From NCBI GenBank assembly GCA_002418185.1, contig DIDN01000034.1, forward strand, positions 1 to 63,889: a stretch of 63,889 bases of DNA, given 5' to 3'. Each line of letters begins with the position of its first letter. Positions within the stretch are counted from its first letter, which is position 1. Shown here piece after piece: positions 28,638 to 38,484 of this stretch. The notes under the pieces were generated by a model that made no database searches, was not told where the DNA came from, and saw only the letters and a list, made by a program, of their open reading frames with translations. This DNA is from Deltaproteobacteria bacterium UBA5799. Lineage in GTDB: Bacteria; Desulfobacterota; GWC2-55-46. Both the position numbers and the translations under genes were made by a program.

Positions 28638-30094
28638 CGGCAGAGGCGAAACGGCCCTGGAGGGCCGTCTTAAATAGCGGGTTTCTCCGCCGTTCAAAGC
28701 TTATAGGGTCAGCGGCTTTAACCGCTCTTTTCCTTTCATCCTGCGCGGTCGGGCCGGATTACAAATCGCCGGAGCCGCTCGTACAAGACCAATGGCTCTC
28801 GGAGCAGGTAGGCGAGGCAGGTATGCGGGAACCAGCAGCCGACTGGTGGACGGTCCTGGGCGACCCCCAGCTTGAGAAGTACATCAACGCTGCAGCAGCT
28901 CAGAATAGAGAGCTTGAGGCCGCCCGTGCGGCAGTCCTCCGCGCCCGCGCACTCCGGCGCGAGTCCGCGGCGCCCTTCTACCCGACACTGGGCGCCAACG
29001 CCGCCGCAGTGCGGCAGAGGTCAGGAGGGGAGACTTCGAGCGCCTTCTCGGGCACCATCGACTCCTCGTGGGAACTGGACGTTTTCGGCGGGACGCGCCG
29101 CGCAACCGAAGCCGCGGGCGCGCGCGTAGCTGGCGCCGAGGAAAACCGCCGCGCAGTTCTCCTTTCCGTCCTCGCCGAGACCGCCCGGAACTACTATGCC
29201 GTCCGCGGCTTTCAGAAACGGATAGCCATCACGCAGAAGAATATCGAGTTGCAGGAACGTACCTACAGGCTTGTGGATACCCTCTTCCAGCTCGGCGAGG
29301 CGAGCGCATTCGACTTGAGCCGCGCCCGCGGGCAGCTCGAGCTTACCCAGTCCCGCCTGCCCGACCTCGAGGCCGAGATGAGGGCCGGCATCTTCCGCCT
29401 TTCGGTCCTCCTCGGGCAGCCGCCCGAGGCGCTCCTCGATGAGATGAGCGCCGTAAAGCCGCTTCCCACGCCTCCGGACGTGGTGCCAGTCGGTCTTCGT
29501 TCCGACATACTCCGCCGCCGCCCCGACGTGCGCGCGGCCGAGCGGGAGCTCGCTGCCTCGACTGCGGATATCGGCGCGGCTACGGCCCGCCTCTACCCGG
29601 ATTTCTCCCTGACCGGCGTTGTCGGGAGTAGCGCCAGGGTCCTGAGCGACCTCTTCGAATCGGGTAGCGGCATCTTCTCCATCGGGTCGTTCCTCAGGTG
29701 GCCGATATTCGAGGGCGGGGCGCTCCGCGCCCGCATAAATGCGGAAGGGGCCGAGGCGGACCAGGCAGAAGCGCTCTATGAGCAGAGCGTCCTTGATGCG
29801 CTGGCCGACGCCGAGACCGCGCTCACCCGCTACGCCCGGAAGCTCGATACGCGAAACCGCTTGCAAAACGCGGTCGAGAGCCGGCAGCGCTCCGTAGAGC
29901 TTGCGCGCGCCCTCTTCGACTCGGGCGAAGAGGACTTCCTGTCGGTGCTCGACGCCGAGCGGGAGCTCGTGAATACGGAAGACGAACTGGTGCGGAGCGA
30001 AACAGATACCATACTGAACCTCATAACGCTCTATACCGCTCTCGGCGGGGGCTGGGAGGCCTTCGAGGAGGCGGGTAGAACGGATGAAGAGTAG
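28634..30094 (+). CDS. RND efflux outer-membrane factor lipoprotein (NodT family)
   Basis: Lipobox FLSSC followed by GPDY, two OEP repeats, and a C-terminal YTALGGGW motif. Start overlaps the pump stop. Confidence 0.9.
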   Translation: MTAEAKRPWRAVLNSGFLRRSKLIGSAALTALFLSSCAVGPDYKSPEPLVQDQWLSEQVGEAGMREPAADWWTVLGDPQLEKYINAAAAQNRELEAARAAVLRARALRRESAAPFYPTLGANAAAVRQRSGGETSSAFSGTIDSSWELDVFGGTRRATEAAGARVAGAEENRRAVLLSVLAETARNYYAVRGFQKRIAITQKNIELQERTYRLVDTLFQLGEASAFDLSRARGQLELTQSRLPDLEAEMRAGIFRLSVLLGQPPEALLDEMSAVKPLPTPPDVVPVGLRSDILRRRPDVRAAERELAASTADIGAATARLYPDFSLTGVVGSSARVLSDLFESGSGIFSIGSFLRWPIFEGGALRARINAEGAEADQAEALYEQSVLDALADAETALTRYARKLDTRNRLQNAVESRQRSVELARALFDSGEEDFLSVLDAERELVNTEDELVRSETDTILNLITLYTALGGGWEAFEEAGRTDEE

Positions 30095-30300
30095 AGATGC
30101 CCTGCCTGACGTCCCGCCCTCTTTAATCCGGCAATTCCGTTATATTCCGAGGACTTAAGCGTTGCATCGGGCCGGAGTGCCCGCGTTTTGGCAAAAGTCT
30201 CGAATAAAGTTTTCGAGTCCTTCTCAGGCGTGCATTCCTATTTCAGGCGGTGTCAAAAGAGCGCTTGGTCTTTCGACTTTTTTCTGGTATATAATCATTA

Positions 30301-30465
30301 GGCCCGGACAGCGTGTCCGGGAGAGGTTTGCGGCAGCCGTTGATAGCCGGGTCTTGCGCAATGGAGGGCTGTAAATCCCGCCAGGTCCGGAAGGAAGCAA
30401 CGGTAGCAGTTCCGCCCATGTGCCGCAAGGGTGCCTGGCTATCAACGGCGTCCGCAAGCCTATTC
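30301..30465 (+). ncRNA. ffs: Signal recognition particle RNA (small/4.5S type)
   Basis: Conserved domain IV core ccaggtccGGAAggaagcaa. Closing helix aggtttgcggcagccgttgatagcc pairs with ggctatcaacggcgtccgcaagcct. TATAAT lies at 30291-30296. It sits upstream of dnaX-ybaB-recR. Ends are approximate. Confidence 0.75.
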
Positions 30466-30516
30466 TGCTCCGTCCTTCTGTCGGGCAAACCCCCTGATGG
30501 AAAAAAGGCCATTTGA

Positions 30517-32142
30517 ATGTCTTCCTACCAGGTCATAGCGAGGAAGTGGCGGCCGGGTGTCTTTGACGAGGTCGTGGGCCAGGCCCACGTCACCAGGACG
30601 CTCAGGAACGCCATAGCCTCGGGGAGAATTGCCCACGCGTACCTCTTCTCCGGGCCGAGGGGCGTGGGAAAGACCACCGCGGCCCGCATCCTTTCCAAGT
30701 GCCTGAACTGCTCGGGGGGCCCGACTGCCGACCCCTGCAACGAGTGCCCGTCCTGCAGGGGCGTCGCGCTCGGCTCGTCCGTGGACGTCCTTGAGATAGA
30801 CGGCGCCTCCAACAACAGCGTTGACAACATAAGGGAGATATCCGAGAGCGTAAGGTACGTGCCTTCGGACGGCAAGTACAAGGTCTATATCATCGACGAA
30901 GTGCACATGCTCTCGACGGCCGCCTTCAACGCGCTCCTTAAGACCCTCGAGGAGCCGCCGCCCCACGCCGTCTTCATCTTCGCCACCACAGAGGTGCACA
31001 AGATACCGGCCACCATACTTTCGCGGTGCCAGCGGTTCGACTTCAAGAGGATACCATTCAGGGACATTCAGGCGCGCCTGGTCGAGATAGCCGGGCAGGA
31101 GGGGATAAAGTTCGAGGACAAGGCCCTGTACCTCATCGCCAGGGAGGCGGACGGGAGCATGAGGGACTCCCAGAGCCTCCTTGAGCAGGCCCTGGCCTTT
31201 TCCGGGGGGGAGCTCAAGGAGGCGGACGTGGCCGAGGCGCTGGGCCTCATGGCCAGGACCGTCCTCTACGAGCTGTCCGAGGCCGTCGTCGGCAAGGACG
31301 CTGGCGCGTGTTTGAATATTGTTGAAAAAGTATATAATTTTGGATATGATTTTAAGAAGGCCCTCGGCGACCTCCTTGAGCACGTGAGGGACCTGGCCGT
31401 ACTCAAGGCGACAGGGGAAAGCACTCTCCTGGACCTCCCGGACAGCGAGCTTGAGAGGCTCCGGGCCATATCGGAGCGGGTGGGGCACGAGCGGCTCCAG
31501 ATGATCTTTACGGTACTCTCAAAGGGCTACGAGGAGGTATCCAGGTCGGCCCACCCGAGGTACGCCCTCGAGATGGCGCTTCTCCGGGCCGCCCACCTTG
31601 ACGAGCTCGAGCCATTGGGCTCGGTCATGGAAAGGCTTGAAATACTGTCGGCGAGGCTCGGTCCGAACGCCGCGGCCCCTGCCCCGAAACCTGCCGGAGG
31701 CGGCAAAGGGCCGGGGCCTCTCCCCTGGAAAAAAGAGGGGCAGGAGCAGCCTGCTAAAACAAGCCAGCCAGAGAAAAAGGCGCTTCCGGCGATTGAAACC
31801 GCTCCCGGAGCGGCAAATGACTGCGGAAACGACGGCCTTTTGAATTTTGTGAGTAAAAGAATCCCGGAGTTGGCGGATTCCCTGAAGGCAGCATCAATAG
31901 AGGTCGTAGGCGATACGATAACAATCAAGGCGGAAAATGAACGCCTGCAAGGAAGAATAAATGTAAGCAAGGCGGAGCTGGAGGCCTGTTGCAGGGATTA
32001 TTTCAGCAGGCCGGTTACTTTAAACCCGGGCGCCGGTAACAGCGGCGCTGCAACGAAAAAGGATACGGACCCAGTCGTCAAGGATGCTCTTCGCATCCTG
32101 GGCGGGAGGATCATAGAGGACCGGAGGAGGACCAATGTCTAA
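30517..32142 (+). CDS. dnaX: DNA polymerase III subunit gamma/tau
   Basis: Walker A GPRGVGKTT, zinc module CNECPSC, DEVHML, and sensor SRCQRFDF. Confidence 0.95.
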   Translation: MSSYQVIARKWRPGVFDEVVGQAHVTRTLRNAIASGRIAHAYLFSGPRGVGKTTAARILSKCLNCSGGPTADPCNECPSCRGVALGSSVDVLEIDGASNNSVDNIREISESVRYVPSDGKYKVYIIDEVHMLSTAAFNALLKTLEEPPPHAVFIFATTEVHKIPATILSRCQRFDFKRIPFRDIQARLVEIAGQEGIKFEDKALYLIAREADGSMRDSQSLLEQALAFSGGELKEADVAEALGLMARTVLYELSEAVVGKDAGACLNIVEKVYNFGYDFKKALGDLLEHVRDLAVLKATGESTLLDLPDSELERLRAISERVGHERLQMIFTVLSKGYEEVSRSAHPRYALEMALLRAAHLDELEPLGSVMERLEILSARLGPNAAAPAPKPAGGGKGPGPLPWKKEGQEQPAKTSQPEKKALPAIETAPGAANDCGNDGLLNFVSKRIPELADSLKAASIEVVGDTITIKAENERLQGRINVSKAELEACCRDYFSRPVTLNPGAGNSGAATKKDTDPVVKDALRILGGRIIEDRRRTNV

Positions 32143-32458
32143 GCAATTGGGCAATCTCATGAGGCAGGCCCAGAAGATGCAGGAGAAGATGGCCCAGGTG
32201 CAGAAGGAGCTTGCCTCCAAGACGGTCGAAGCCTCAAGCGGCGGCGGCATGGTTACCGCTACGGTAAACGGCAGCCAGGAGCTTGTCGCGCTCAAGATAG
32301 ACCCTTCCGTTGTGGACCCCAACGACATCGAAATGCTCCAGGACCTTGTCGTGGCTGCAGTCAGCGAGGGTTTGAGGAAAAGCAAGGAGATGGTCCAGGA
32401 GGAGATGGGCAAGCTTACCTCTGGCATGGGTCTTAACCTTCCTGGCGGGCTTTTCTAA
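32135..32458 (+). CDS. ybaB: Nucleoid-associated protein YbaB/EbfC
   Basis: 107 aa with MRQAQKMQEKMAQVQKEL and GGGMVTATVNG blocks. Conserved dnaX-ybaB-recR synteny. Confidence 0.9.
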   Translation: MSKQLGNLMRQAQKMQEKMAQVQKELASKTVEASSGGGMVTATVNGSQELVALKIDPSVVDPNDIEMLQDLVVAAVSEGLRKSKEMVQEEMGKLTSGMGLNLPGGLF

Positions 32459-32567
32459 TCACCAGATACCGGGGGGGAGTGCCGGGGCCTCTTTGGCGCG
32501 GCCCTAAGCCCCGTTGACAACGAATCTCCGGGCTTTTGCCCGGCGGAACAAGGATGGTTTTTGAAGG

Positions 32568-33164
32568 ATGCAGTACGCGGGGCCTATAAATGACCTGATA
32601 AGGGCTATTTCGAGGCTCCCGGGCATAGGGGAGAAGACGGCCACAAGGCTTGCGCTCTTCATCCTCAATTCGGAAAGGGAGTTCGCCGCAGGGCTTGCCG
32701 AGGCCATAGCCTCGGTAAAGGACAAGGTGGCCCTCTGCTCCGTATGCATGACCTTCTCCGAGGAAGACCCGTGCAGGGTATGCGCCGACCCCCGGAGGGA
32801 CCCCTCGATAATATGCGTGGTCTCCGACTTCAAGGACATGATGGCCATAGAGTCCATGGGCGGCTACAGGGGCAGGTACCATGTGCTCCACGGGAGCCTC
32901 GCGCCGCTTAAGGGCGTCGGGCCCGAGGAGATAAGGATACGAGAGCTCGCTGCCCGTCTTGAGGCCGGCGGAGTAAGCGAGGTTATTCTCGCCACCGGCT
33001 TCGATTCCGAGGGGGAAGGCACTTCCGCATACCTTACCAGGCTCCTCAAGCCCTACGGGGCGAGGGTCACCAGGCTCGCCTCCGGCATACCGGTCGGGAG
33101 CTATGTGGAGTTCATGGACGGGGCAACCCTCGGCAGGGCGCTCGAAGGGCGAAGGGAGCTGTAA
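32568..33164 (+). CDS. recR: Recombination protein RecR
   Basis: LPGIGEKTATRLA HhH, zinc finger CSVC...CRVC, and a Toprim block ICVVSDFKD. Confidence 0.95.
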   Translation: MQYAGPINDLIRAISRLPGIGEKTATRLALFILNSEREFAAGLAEAIASVKDKVALCSVCMTFSEEDPCRVCADPRRDPSIICVVSDFKDMMAIESMGGYRGRYHVLHGSLAPLKGVGPEEIRIRELAARLEAGGVSEVILATGFDSEGEGTSAYLTRLLKPYGARVTRLASGIPVGSYVEFMDGATLGRALEGRREL

Positions 33165-33330
33165 GGAGAAGCCGGGGCGAGCGCGAGATGAGGTTTGGCT
33201 TTATAAAGTCCGGCCCGCGCTTGAATGAAAAATATCCAAAGGAGCTGCCTTGAAAATCGGTATTTTTTTCTGAAGTCGCTGACGCGGAGGTCAGGAAAAG
33301 GGCGATTTTCAGAGGCAGCCGAGGAAGAGG

Positions 33331-33939
33331 ATGATGGAGAACTACATAGAAGTAAGGTGGCATGGAAGGGCCCAGCAGGGGGTCGTGACCGCGGCCAAGG
33401 TCCTGGGGGAGGCGTGCCTGCGGTCAGGCAAATTCGTCCAGGCCTTCCCCGAGTTCGGCCCGGAGAGGATGGGCGCGCCGGTAAAGGCTTACAACAGGAT
33501 ATCGGCGGAGCCCATAAGGCTCCACTGCCAGGTGACGAACCCGAAATACGTCCTCATAGCCGACCCCACGCTCATCGGTATGAACCTCTCGGGCGGCATG
33601 GAGTCCTCGGGCGGCGTAACCGACGGGACCCCGGAGGACGCGATATTCATAGTGAACACGCCCAAGGCCCCGGAGGAGATGAGGAAGGAGCTGGGGCTTG
33701 AGGGCAGGAAGGACGTAAAGGTCTTCACCCTGGACGCGGCGAAGATATCCCTTGAGACCATAGGCAGGATGATGCCCAACACCCCCATGCTCGGAGCGCT
33801 CGCAAAGGCGACTTCGTTCATAACGCTCGAGGCGCTTGTGGAGAACTTCAAGGAGAACTACTCGAAGAAGTTCAGCCCCAAGGTGATAGAAGGGAACGTG
33901 GCCGCAATGGGCAGGGGCTATGAAGAGGTAAGGGGATAG
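33331..33939 (+). CDS. porG: Pyruvate/2-oxoacid:ferredoxin oxidoreductase gamma subunit
   Basis: IEVRWHGRAQQGVVTAAKVLGEA and FPEFGPERMGAP blocks. It is followed by the delta, alpha and beta subunits. Confidence 0.9.
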   Translation: MMENYIEVRWHGRAQQGVVTAAKVLGEACLRSGKFVQAFPEFGPERMGAPVKAYNRISAEPIRLHCQVTNPKYVLIADPTLIGMNLSGGMESSGGVTDGTPEDAIFIVNTPKAPEEMRKELGLEGRKDVKVFTLDAAKISLETIGRMMPNTPMLGALAKATSFITLEALVENFKENYSKKFSPKVIEGNVAAMGRGYEEVRG

Positions 33940-33969
33940 CAGTTTGCGGAAAAACGCAAAATCCGCTCA

Positions 33970-34096
33970 GGCTGCTCAAAAAGCTCCAGATGCGAGGCCC
34001 CATTAGGAACAGGGGAGCGAGGAATGAGGCGTATTTTTTATGCGCCGGAGTGTCAAGCGACGAAGACAACGAAGCAGATGGGCTTTTTCAGCAGCC
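33970..34096. repeat. 127-bp inverted-repeat-bounded element inserted between porG and porD
   Basis: Termini are ggctgctcaaaaagc (33970-33984) and gctttttcagcagcc (34082-34096), 14/15 complementary. The core ggagcgaggaatgaggcg-loop-tgcgccgga matches the tRNA-Ser-associated repeats. Confidence 0.7.
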
Positions 34097-34130
34097 TGAT
34101 AGAAAGCACATCCCGGAAAGGATTCTGATA

Positions 34131-34412
34131 ATGGTTGAGAAAAAGGAATACCCCCTCGGCGGGGTCATACCAAAGGGCGGGACGGCCGACGATTATTCTA
34201 CCGGCGGCTGGAGGAAGCTCCGCCCGGTAGTGGACCTTGATAAATGCACCAACTGCCTCATATGCTGGGTCATGTGCCCGGACTCCGCTGTCGTCACCGA
34301 GGACGGCAAGATGGCCGGGTTCGACCTCGATCACTGCAAGGGGTGCGGCATCTGCGCCGTTGAGTGCCCGGACAAGGTCAAGGCGATAAAAATGGTAGAG
34401 GAGGCCGAATAA
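34131..34412 (+). CDS. porD: Pyruvate:ferredoxin oxidoreductase delta subunit (2x[4Fe-4S])
   Basis: CTNCLICWVMCP and CKGCGICAVECP ferredoxin motifs. Start taken at ATG 34131, because the track start at 33990 reads through the repeat element. Confidence 0.9.
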   Translation: MVEKKEYPLGGVIPKGGTADDYSTGGWRKLRPVVDLDKCTNCLICWVMCPDSAVVTEDGKMAGFDLDHCKGCGICAVECPDKVKAIKMVEEAE

Positions 34413-35602
34413 TGGCTATAACGGCGACCAAGGGGCAGACGGGGCTCACGGGTAATTCCGCGGTGGCCTATGCGATGAAGCAGGTAAACCCGGACGTCTG
34501 CGCCGCCTACCCGATAACTCCCTCCACCCAGATAGTGGAGGACTTTTCGGGCTACGTGGCCGACGGCGAGGTCACGACCGAGCTCATAACCGTCGAGAGC
34601 GAGCATTCGGCCATGAGCGCCTGCATCGGCGCGGCTGCCGCCGGGGCGCGCGTAATGACCGCGACCTCGTCCCAGGGGCTTGCCCTCATGTGGGAGATGC
34701 TCTACATAGCCTCGGGCATGAGGCTCCCGATAGTGCTCGCGAACGTGAACAGGGCCCTTTCGGCCCCCATAAACATACACTGCGACCACTCGGACTCGAT
34801 GGGAGCAAGGGACTCGGGCTGGGTGCAGCTCTACTCCGAGACTGTGCAGGAGGCCTATGACAACGTCTTCATGGCCCTCCGGATAGCCGAGCACAAGGAC
34901 GTGCTCCTCCCCGCAATGGTATGCCTGGACGGCTTCATAACGAGCCACGCCATCGAGAATATCTCGCTCCTGGACGACCAGGAAGTCAGGCAGTTCATAG
35001 GCTCGTACAGCGCCAAGGCCTCGCTCCTCGATATCGAAGGGGCCCCGACCTTCGGCGCCATGACCCTCCCGGATACGTACATAGAGTTCAAACGCCAGCA
35101 GTCCGAGGCCATGACAAGGGCCAAGGACGCGGCGATCGAGGTCATGAAGGACTTCGGGAAGAGGTTCGGCCGCGAGTACGGCCTCTTCGAGACATACAGG
35201 CTCGAGGACGCCGAGGCCGCGATAGTGGTCCTAAATTCCGCCGCCGGCACAACCAAGGTGGCGGTGGACGCGCTCAGGAAAGAGGGGAAGAAGGTGGGGC
35301 TCTTGAGGCCCAGGCTCTTCAGGCCATTCCCCTGGCAGGAGATAGCCGAGGCCCTCAAGGGCGCAAAGGCGGTCGCGGTGCTCGACAGGGCGGACTCGAT
35401 GAACGCCTTCGGCGGGCCGGTCTTCTCGGAGGTGCGCTCCGCTCTCTACGACCTGGACTCAAGGCCCAGGGTCATGAACAGGATCTACGGCCTTGGCGGC
35501 AGGGACTACAAGGTAAAGGACGCGGTAGAGGTCTTCAATGAGGCCCTCAAGGCCGCCGAGACGGGCAGGGTGGATACGCTCGTAAAGTACATCACCCTGT
35601 AA
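34412..35602 (+). CDS. porA: Pyruvate:ferredoxin oxidoreductase alpha subunit
   Basis: LTGNSAVAYAMKQVNPDVCAAYPITPST and ESEHSAMSAC blocks. The ATG overlaps the porD stop (TAATG). Confidence 0.9.
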   Translation: MAITATKGQTGLTGNSAVAYAMKQVNPDVCAAYPITPSTQIVEDFSGYVADGEVTTELITVESEHSAMSACIGAAAAGARVMTATSSQGLALMWEMLYIASGMRLPIVLANVNRALSAPINIHCDHSDSMGARDSGWVQLYSETVQEAYDNVFMALRIAEHKDVLLPAMVCLDGFITSHAIENISLLDDQEVRQFIGSYSAKASLLDIEGAPTFGAMTLPDTYIEFKRQQSEAMTRAKDAAIEVMKDFGKRFGREYGLFETYRLEDAEAAIVVLNSAAGTTKVAVDALRKEGKKVGLLRPRLFRPFPWQEIAEALKGAKAVAVLDRADSMNAFGGPVFSEVRSALYDLDSRPRVMNRIYGLGGRDYKVKDAVEVFNEALKAAETGRVDTLVKYITL

Positions 35603-35668
35603 GGACGCGCCCTAAGCGGCGATTACAAAAAGAAAACAACGGCCCTACGGGGCCTGGAGAGGTAGAAT

Positions 35669-36604
35669 ATGGCAACTCTCAAGGATCTTTCAAGGCAGCA
35701 GGAGCTCTTCTCCGGCGGGCACAGGCTCTGCGCGGGCTGCGGCATCCCGCCCATAGTGAGGCTGGTGCTCAGGGCGGCAAACGGGCCGGTCGTGGCCACC
35801 ACGGCGACGGGGTGCCTCGAGGTCGGCACCACCATATACCCCTACACGGCATGGAGGGTGCCCTGGATACATTCCGCGTTCGAGAACGCGGCGGCGACCA
35901 TAAGCGGCGCGGAGTCGGCCTACAAGGCGCTCAGGAAAAGGGGCGCGCTCCCCGGGGGCGACAGGGAAATAAAGTTCGTGGCCTTCGGCGGCGACGGCGG
36001 CACCTACGACATAGGGCTTCAGGCGCTCTCCGGGGCGCTGGAGCGCGGGCACAACTTCCTTTACATCTGCTATGACAACGGCGCGTACATGAATACCGGC
36101 ATACAGAGGTCGAGCGCAACGCCGTTCTATTCCAGCACGACCACTTCGCCGGCCGGCCAGGTCATTCCCGGCAAGAAGCAGTGGAGGAAGGACCTTACAA
36201 GGATAGTCGTTGCGCACGATATCCCGTATGCGGCCCAGACGAGCCCGCACAACTGGTCGGACCTTTCCAAGAAGGCCGAGAAGGCGCTTAAGATCCAGGG
36301 GCCGACCTTCATGAACGTCATGTCCCCCTGCCCGCTCGGCTGGTATACGAAATCCGAAGATTCGATAAAGTTGGCGAAGCTTTCCGTCGATACATGTTAC
36401 TGGCCCCTGTACGAGGTAGAGAACGGGGTGCTGAAGATAAACTACAAGCCCAGGGAGAAGAAGCCGCTCGTCGAGTGGCTTAAGCCCCAGGGCAGGTTCA
36501 AGCACCTCTTCAAGCCCGAGAACGCCGGGCTCCTCGAGGAGTTCCAGGACCGGGTCGATGCCGAGTGGCAGCGGCTCCTGGACCTCGAAGGCAAGCGCCT
36601 GTAA
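35669..36604 (+). CDS. porB: Pyruvate:ferredoxin oxidoreductase beta subunit (TPP-binding)
   Basis: CAGCG, GGDGGTYDIG TPP motif, and YDNGAYMNTGIQRS. Confidence 0.9.
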   Translation: MATLKDLSRQQELFSGGHRLCAGCGIPPIVRLVLRAANGPVVATTATGCLEVGTTIYPYTAWRVPWIHSAFENAAATISGAESAYKALRKRGALPGGDREIKFVAFGGDGGTYDIGLQALSGALERGHNFLYICYDNGAYMNTGIQRSSATPFYSSTTTSPAGQVIPGKKQWRKDLTRIVVAHDIPYAAQTSPHNWSDLSKKAEKALKIQGPTFMNVMSPCPLGWYTKSEDSIKLAKLSVDTCYWPLYEVENGVLKINYKPREKKPLVEWLKPQGRFKHLFKPENAGLLEEFQDRVDAEWQRLLDLEGKRL

Positions 36605-36715
36605 AAAAGGGCGGCCCCTTAGCCGGGATGTCCGTGTTCCCTGCGTCCGCCGGGGCGCGGCGGAATAAGGCGGGAGGGGCCGATTCCCAATCATCCGCCG
36701 GAAGAAGGACCGTAA

Positions 36716-37198
36716 ATGCCCCAGAGCTCATTCGTGATGTACGAGGAGGAGTACAAGGAGATTACAACCGTAATCGACAAGCTCCTCAGGGAAGCCAACG
36801 CGAAATGCGTGTACCTCGTCGACAAGGACGGCCAGCTCATAGCATCGAGCGGCGAAACAAGGGACATCGACGCGACTTCCCTGGCATCCCTCACGGCGGG
36901 CAACATAGCCGCCACCGGCGGGCTTGCCAAGCTCATCGGCGAAAAGGAGTTCACCATCCTCTTCCACGAGGGCGAGAAGGACAACATCCACATCTCGCTC
37001 ATTGAACAGCGGGTAATCCTCGTGGTCATATTCGACAAGAGGTCGTCTCTCGGTCTCGTGAGGCTCAGGGTCCGGAAGGCGAGCGAGGACCTGGGCCGCG
37101 CCATACAGAAGCTCCTGGCCAGGATGGCTGGCGGGACCGAAAAGGAGAGCCTCCTTGAGGAGATATCCGACGAGGACATAGAAAGGCTCTTTAATTAG
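36716..37198 (+). CDS. mglB: Roadblock/LC7-domain protein (MglB-like GAP)
   Basis: Roadblock pattern CVYLVDKDGQLIASSG...LASLTAGN, about 160 aa, located upstream of mglA. Confidence 0.8.
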   Translation: MPQSSFVMYEEEYKEITTVIDKLLREANAKCVYLVDKDGQLIASSGETRDIDATSLASLTAGNIAATGGLAKLIGEKEFTILFHEGEKDNIHISLIEQRVILVVIFDKRSSLGLVRLRVRKASEDLGRAIQKLLARMAGGTEKESLLEEISDEDIERLFN

Positions 37199-37394
37199 CT
37201 TTAGGCGTCAGGCCGTGAATAAAAATGCTTACATATTGTCATATATGCTCCGCTTTTATTCCCGGCCTTCCTTGATTTCTGGAAAAATCTCTGATTTTTA
37301 GAGGTTGCCTTTAATCTCTCAGTGCAGTCCTTTTTTTCGAGCCTGCGGCAGCCGTCCCGGAAGACCCCGGGGGGTTTCTTGAGACGAAGGAAAA

Positions 37395-37982
37395 ATGTCG
37401 TTCATAAATTACTCCTCGAGGGAAATAAACTGCAAGATCGTGTACTACGGGCCGGGCCTCTGCGGCAAGACCACGAACCTGCAGCACATCTACAGGAAGA
37501 CCAGGCCGGACGCCAAGGGCAAGATGATAACCCTTGCCACCGAGAGCGAAAGGACCCTCTTCTTCGATTTCCTGCCGCTCGCCCTCGGCGACATAAAAGG
37601 CTTCAAGACCAGGTTCCACCTCTATACCGTTCCGGGCCAGATATTCTACGACGCCTCCCGTAAGCTCATATTGAAGGGCGTGGACGGCATCGTCTTCGTC
37701 GCGGACTCTCAGGCCGAGAGGATGGACGCAAATATCGAGAGCTACGAGAACATGAAGGTGAACCTCGATGACCAGGGCTACAGTCTCTCCCAGGTCCCTT
37801 ACGTCGTCCAGTACAACAAGCGGGACCTGCCGAGCGCCGTGCCTGTGGCGGAGCTCAAGAAGGTCATCAACCCGGACTGCGTGCCTGACTTCGAGGCCGT
37901 GGCAAGCGACGGCGCGGGCGTGTTCGAAACGCTAAAGACGATAGTCAAACTCGTATTGATAGAGCTCAAGAAAAGCTCTTAG
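37395..37982 (+). CDS. mglA: Ras-like small GTPase MglA
   Basis: [33 protein letters not shown] is the canonical MglA N-terminus and P-loop. TVPGQ and YNKRD G-motifs are present. Confidence 0.9.
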   Translation: MSFINYSSREINCKIVYYGPGLCGKTTNLQHIYRKTRPDAKGKMITLATESERTLFFDFLPLALGDIKGFKTRFHLYTVPGQIFYDASRKLILKGVDGIVFVADSQAERMDANIESYENMKVNLDDQGYSLSQVPYVVQYNKRDLPSAVPVAELKKVINPDCVPDFEAVASDGAGVFETLKTIVKLVLIELKKSS

Positions 37983-38012
37983 GGCCTTAAAAAAAACCGC
38001 AGGAGACTTGCC

Positions 38013-38459
38013 GTGGGCTTGAGAGACGATATCAACAGGGACATGATCGCCGCGATGAAGTCCGGGGACAAGGAAAGGCTCTCCACCTTGAGGATGCTCC
38101 TTAGCGCCATCAAGTACAAGGAAGTGGACGCAAAGCACCAGCTGAACGACGAAGAGGTCGTCTCCGTCCTCTCGACCCTCGTAAAGCAGAGGCAGGACTC
38201 GATAGACCAGTTCAGGAAAGGCGGAAGGGAGGACCTCGTCGAGAAGGAAACGAGGGAGGCGGAGGTCCTCAAGGGCTACCTCCCGCCCCAGCTCTCGGAG
38301 GACGAGGTGAGGGACATAGTAAGGAAGGCCGCGGAGGAGACCGGCGCAGCCGGTCCCAGGGACATGGGCAAGCTCATGAAGGCCGTAATGCCGCAAGTAA
38401 AGGGCAAGGCCGACGGCAAGCTCGTGAACGATATAGTGAAAGAGGTGCTGGGGGGCTGA
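38013..38459 (+). CDS. GatB/YqeY domain protein
   Basis: 148 aa with DMIAAMKSGDKERLSTLRML and GKLMKAVM...KGKADGKLV blocks. GTG start. Confidence 0.85.
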   Translation: MGLRDDINRDMIAAMKSGDKERLSTLRMLLSAIKYKEVDAKHQLNDEEVVSVLSTLVKQRQDSIDQFRKGGREDLVEKETREAEVLKGYLPPQLSEDEVRDIVRKAAEETGAAGPRDMGKLMKAVMPQVKGKADGKLVNDIVKEVLGG

Positions 38460-38484
38460 GCGCCCGCGCTAAAGGCATTGTAAA

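Noticed and set aside
31726-31737. A6G run (TGG AAA AAA GAG) at the gamma/tau junction of dnaX as a possible programmed -1 frameshift or slippage site
   Set aside because: The heptamer does not fit X XXY YYZ in the zero frame, the A-run has only 6 nt, and the -1 frame continues for more than 30 codons instead of stopping promptly. The position is suggestive but the evidence is insufficient.
33990-34130. Upstream extension of porD (ORF track start 33990)
   Set aside because: The extension reads through the inserted repeat element and adds a non-homologous 47-aa leader. The canonical delta subunit begins at ATG 34131.
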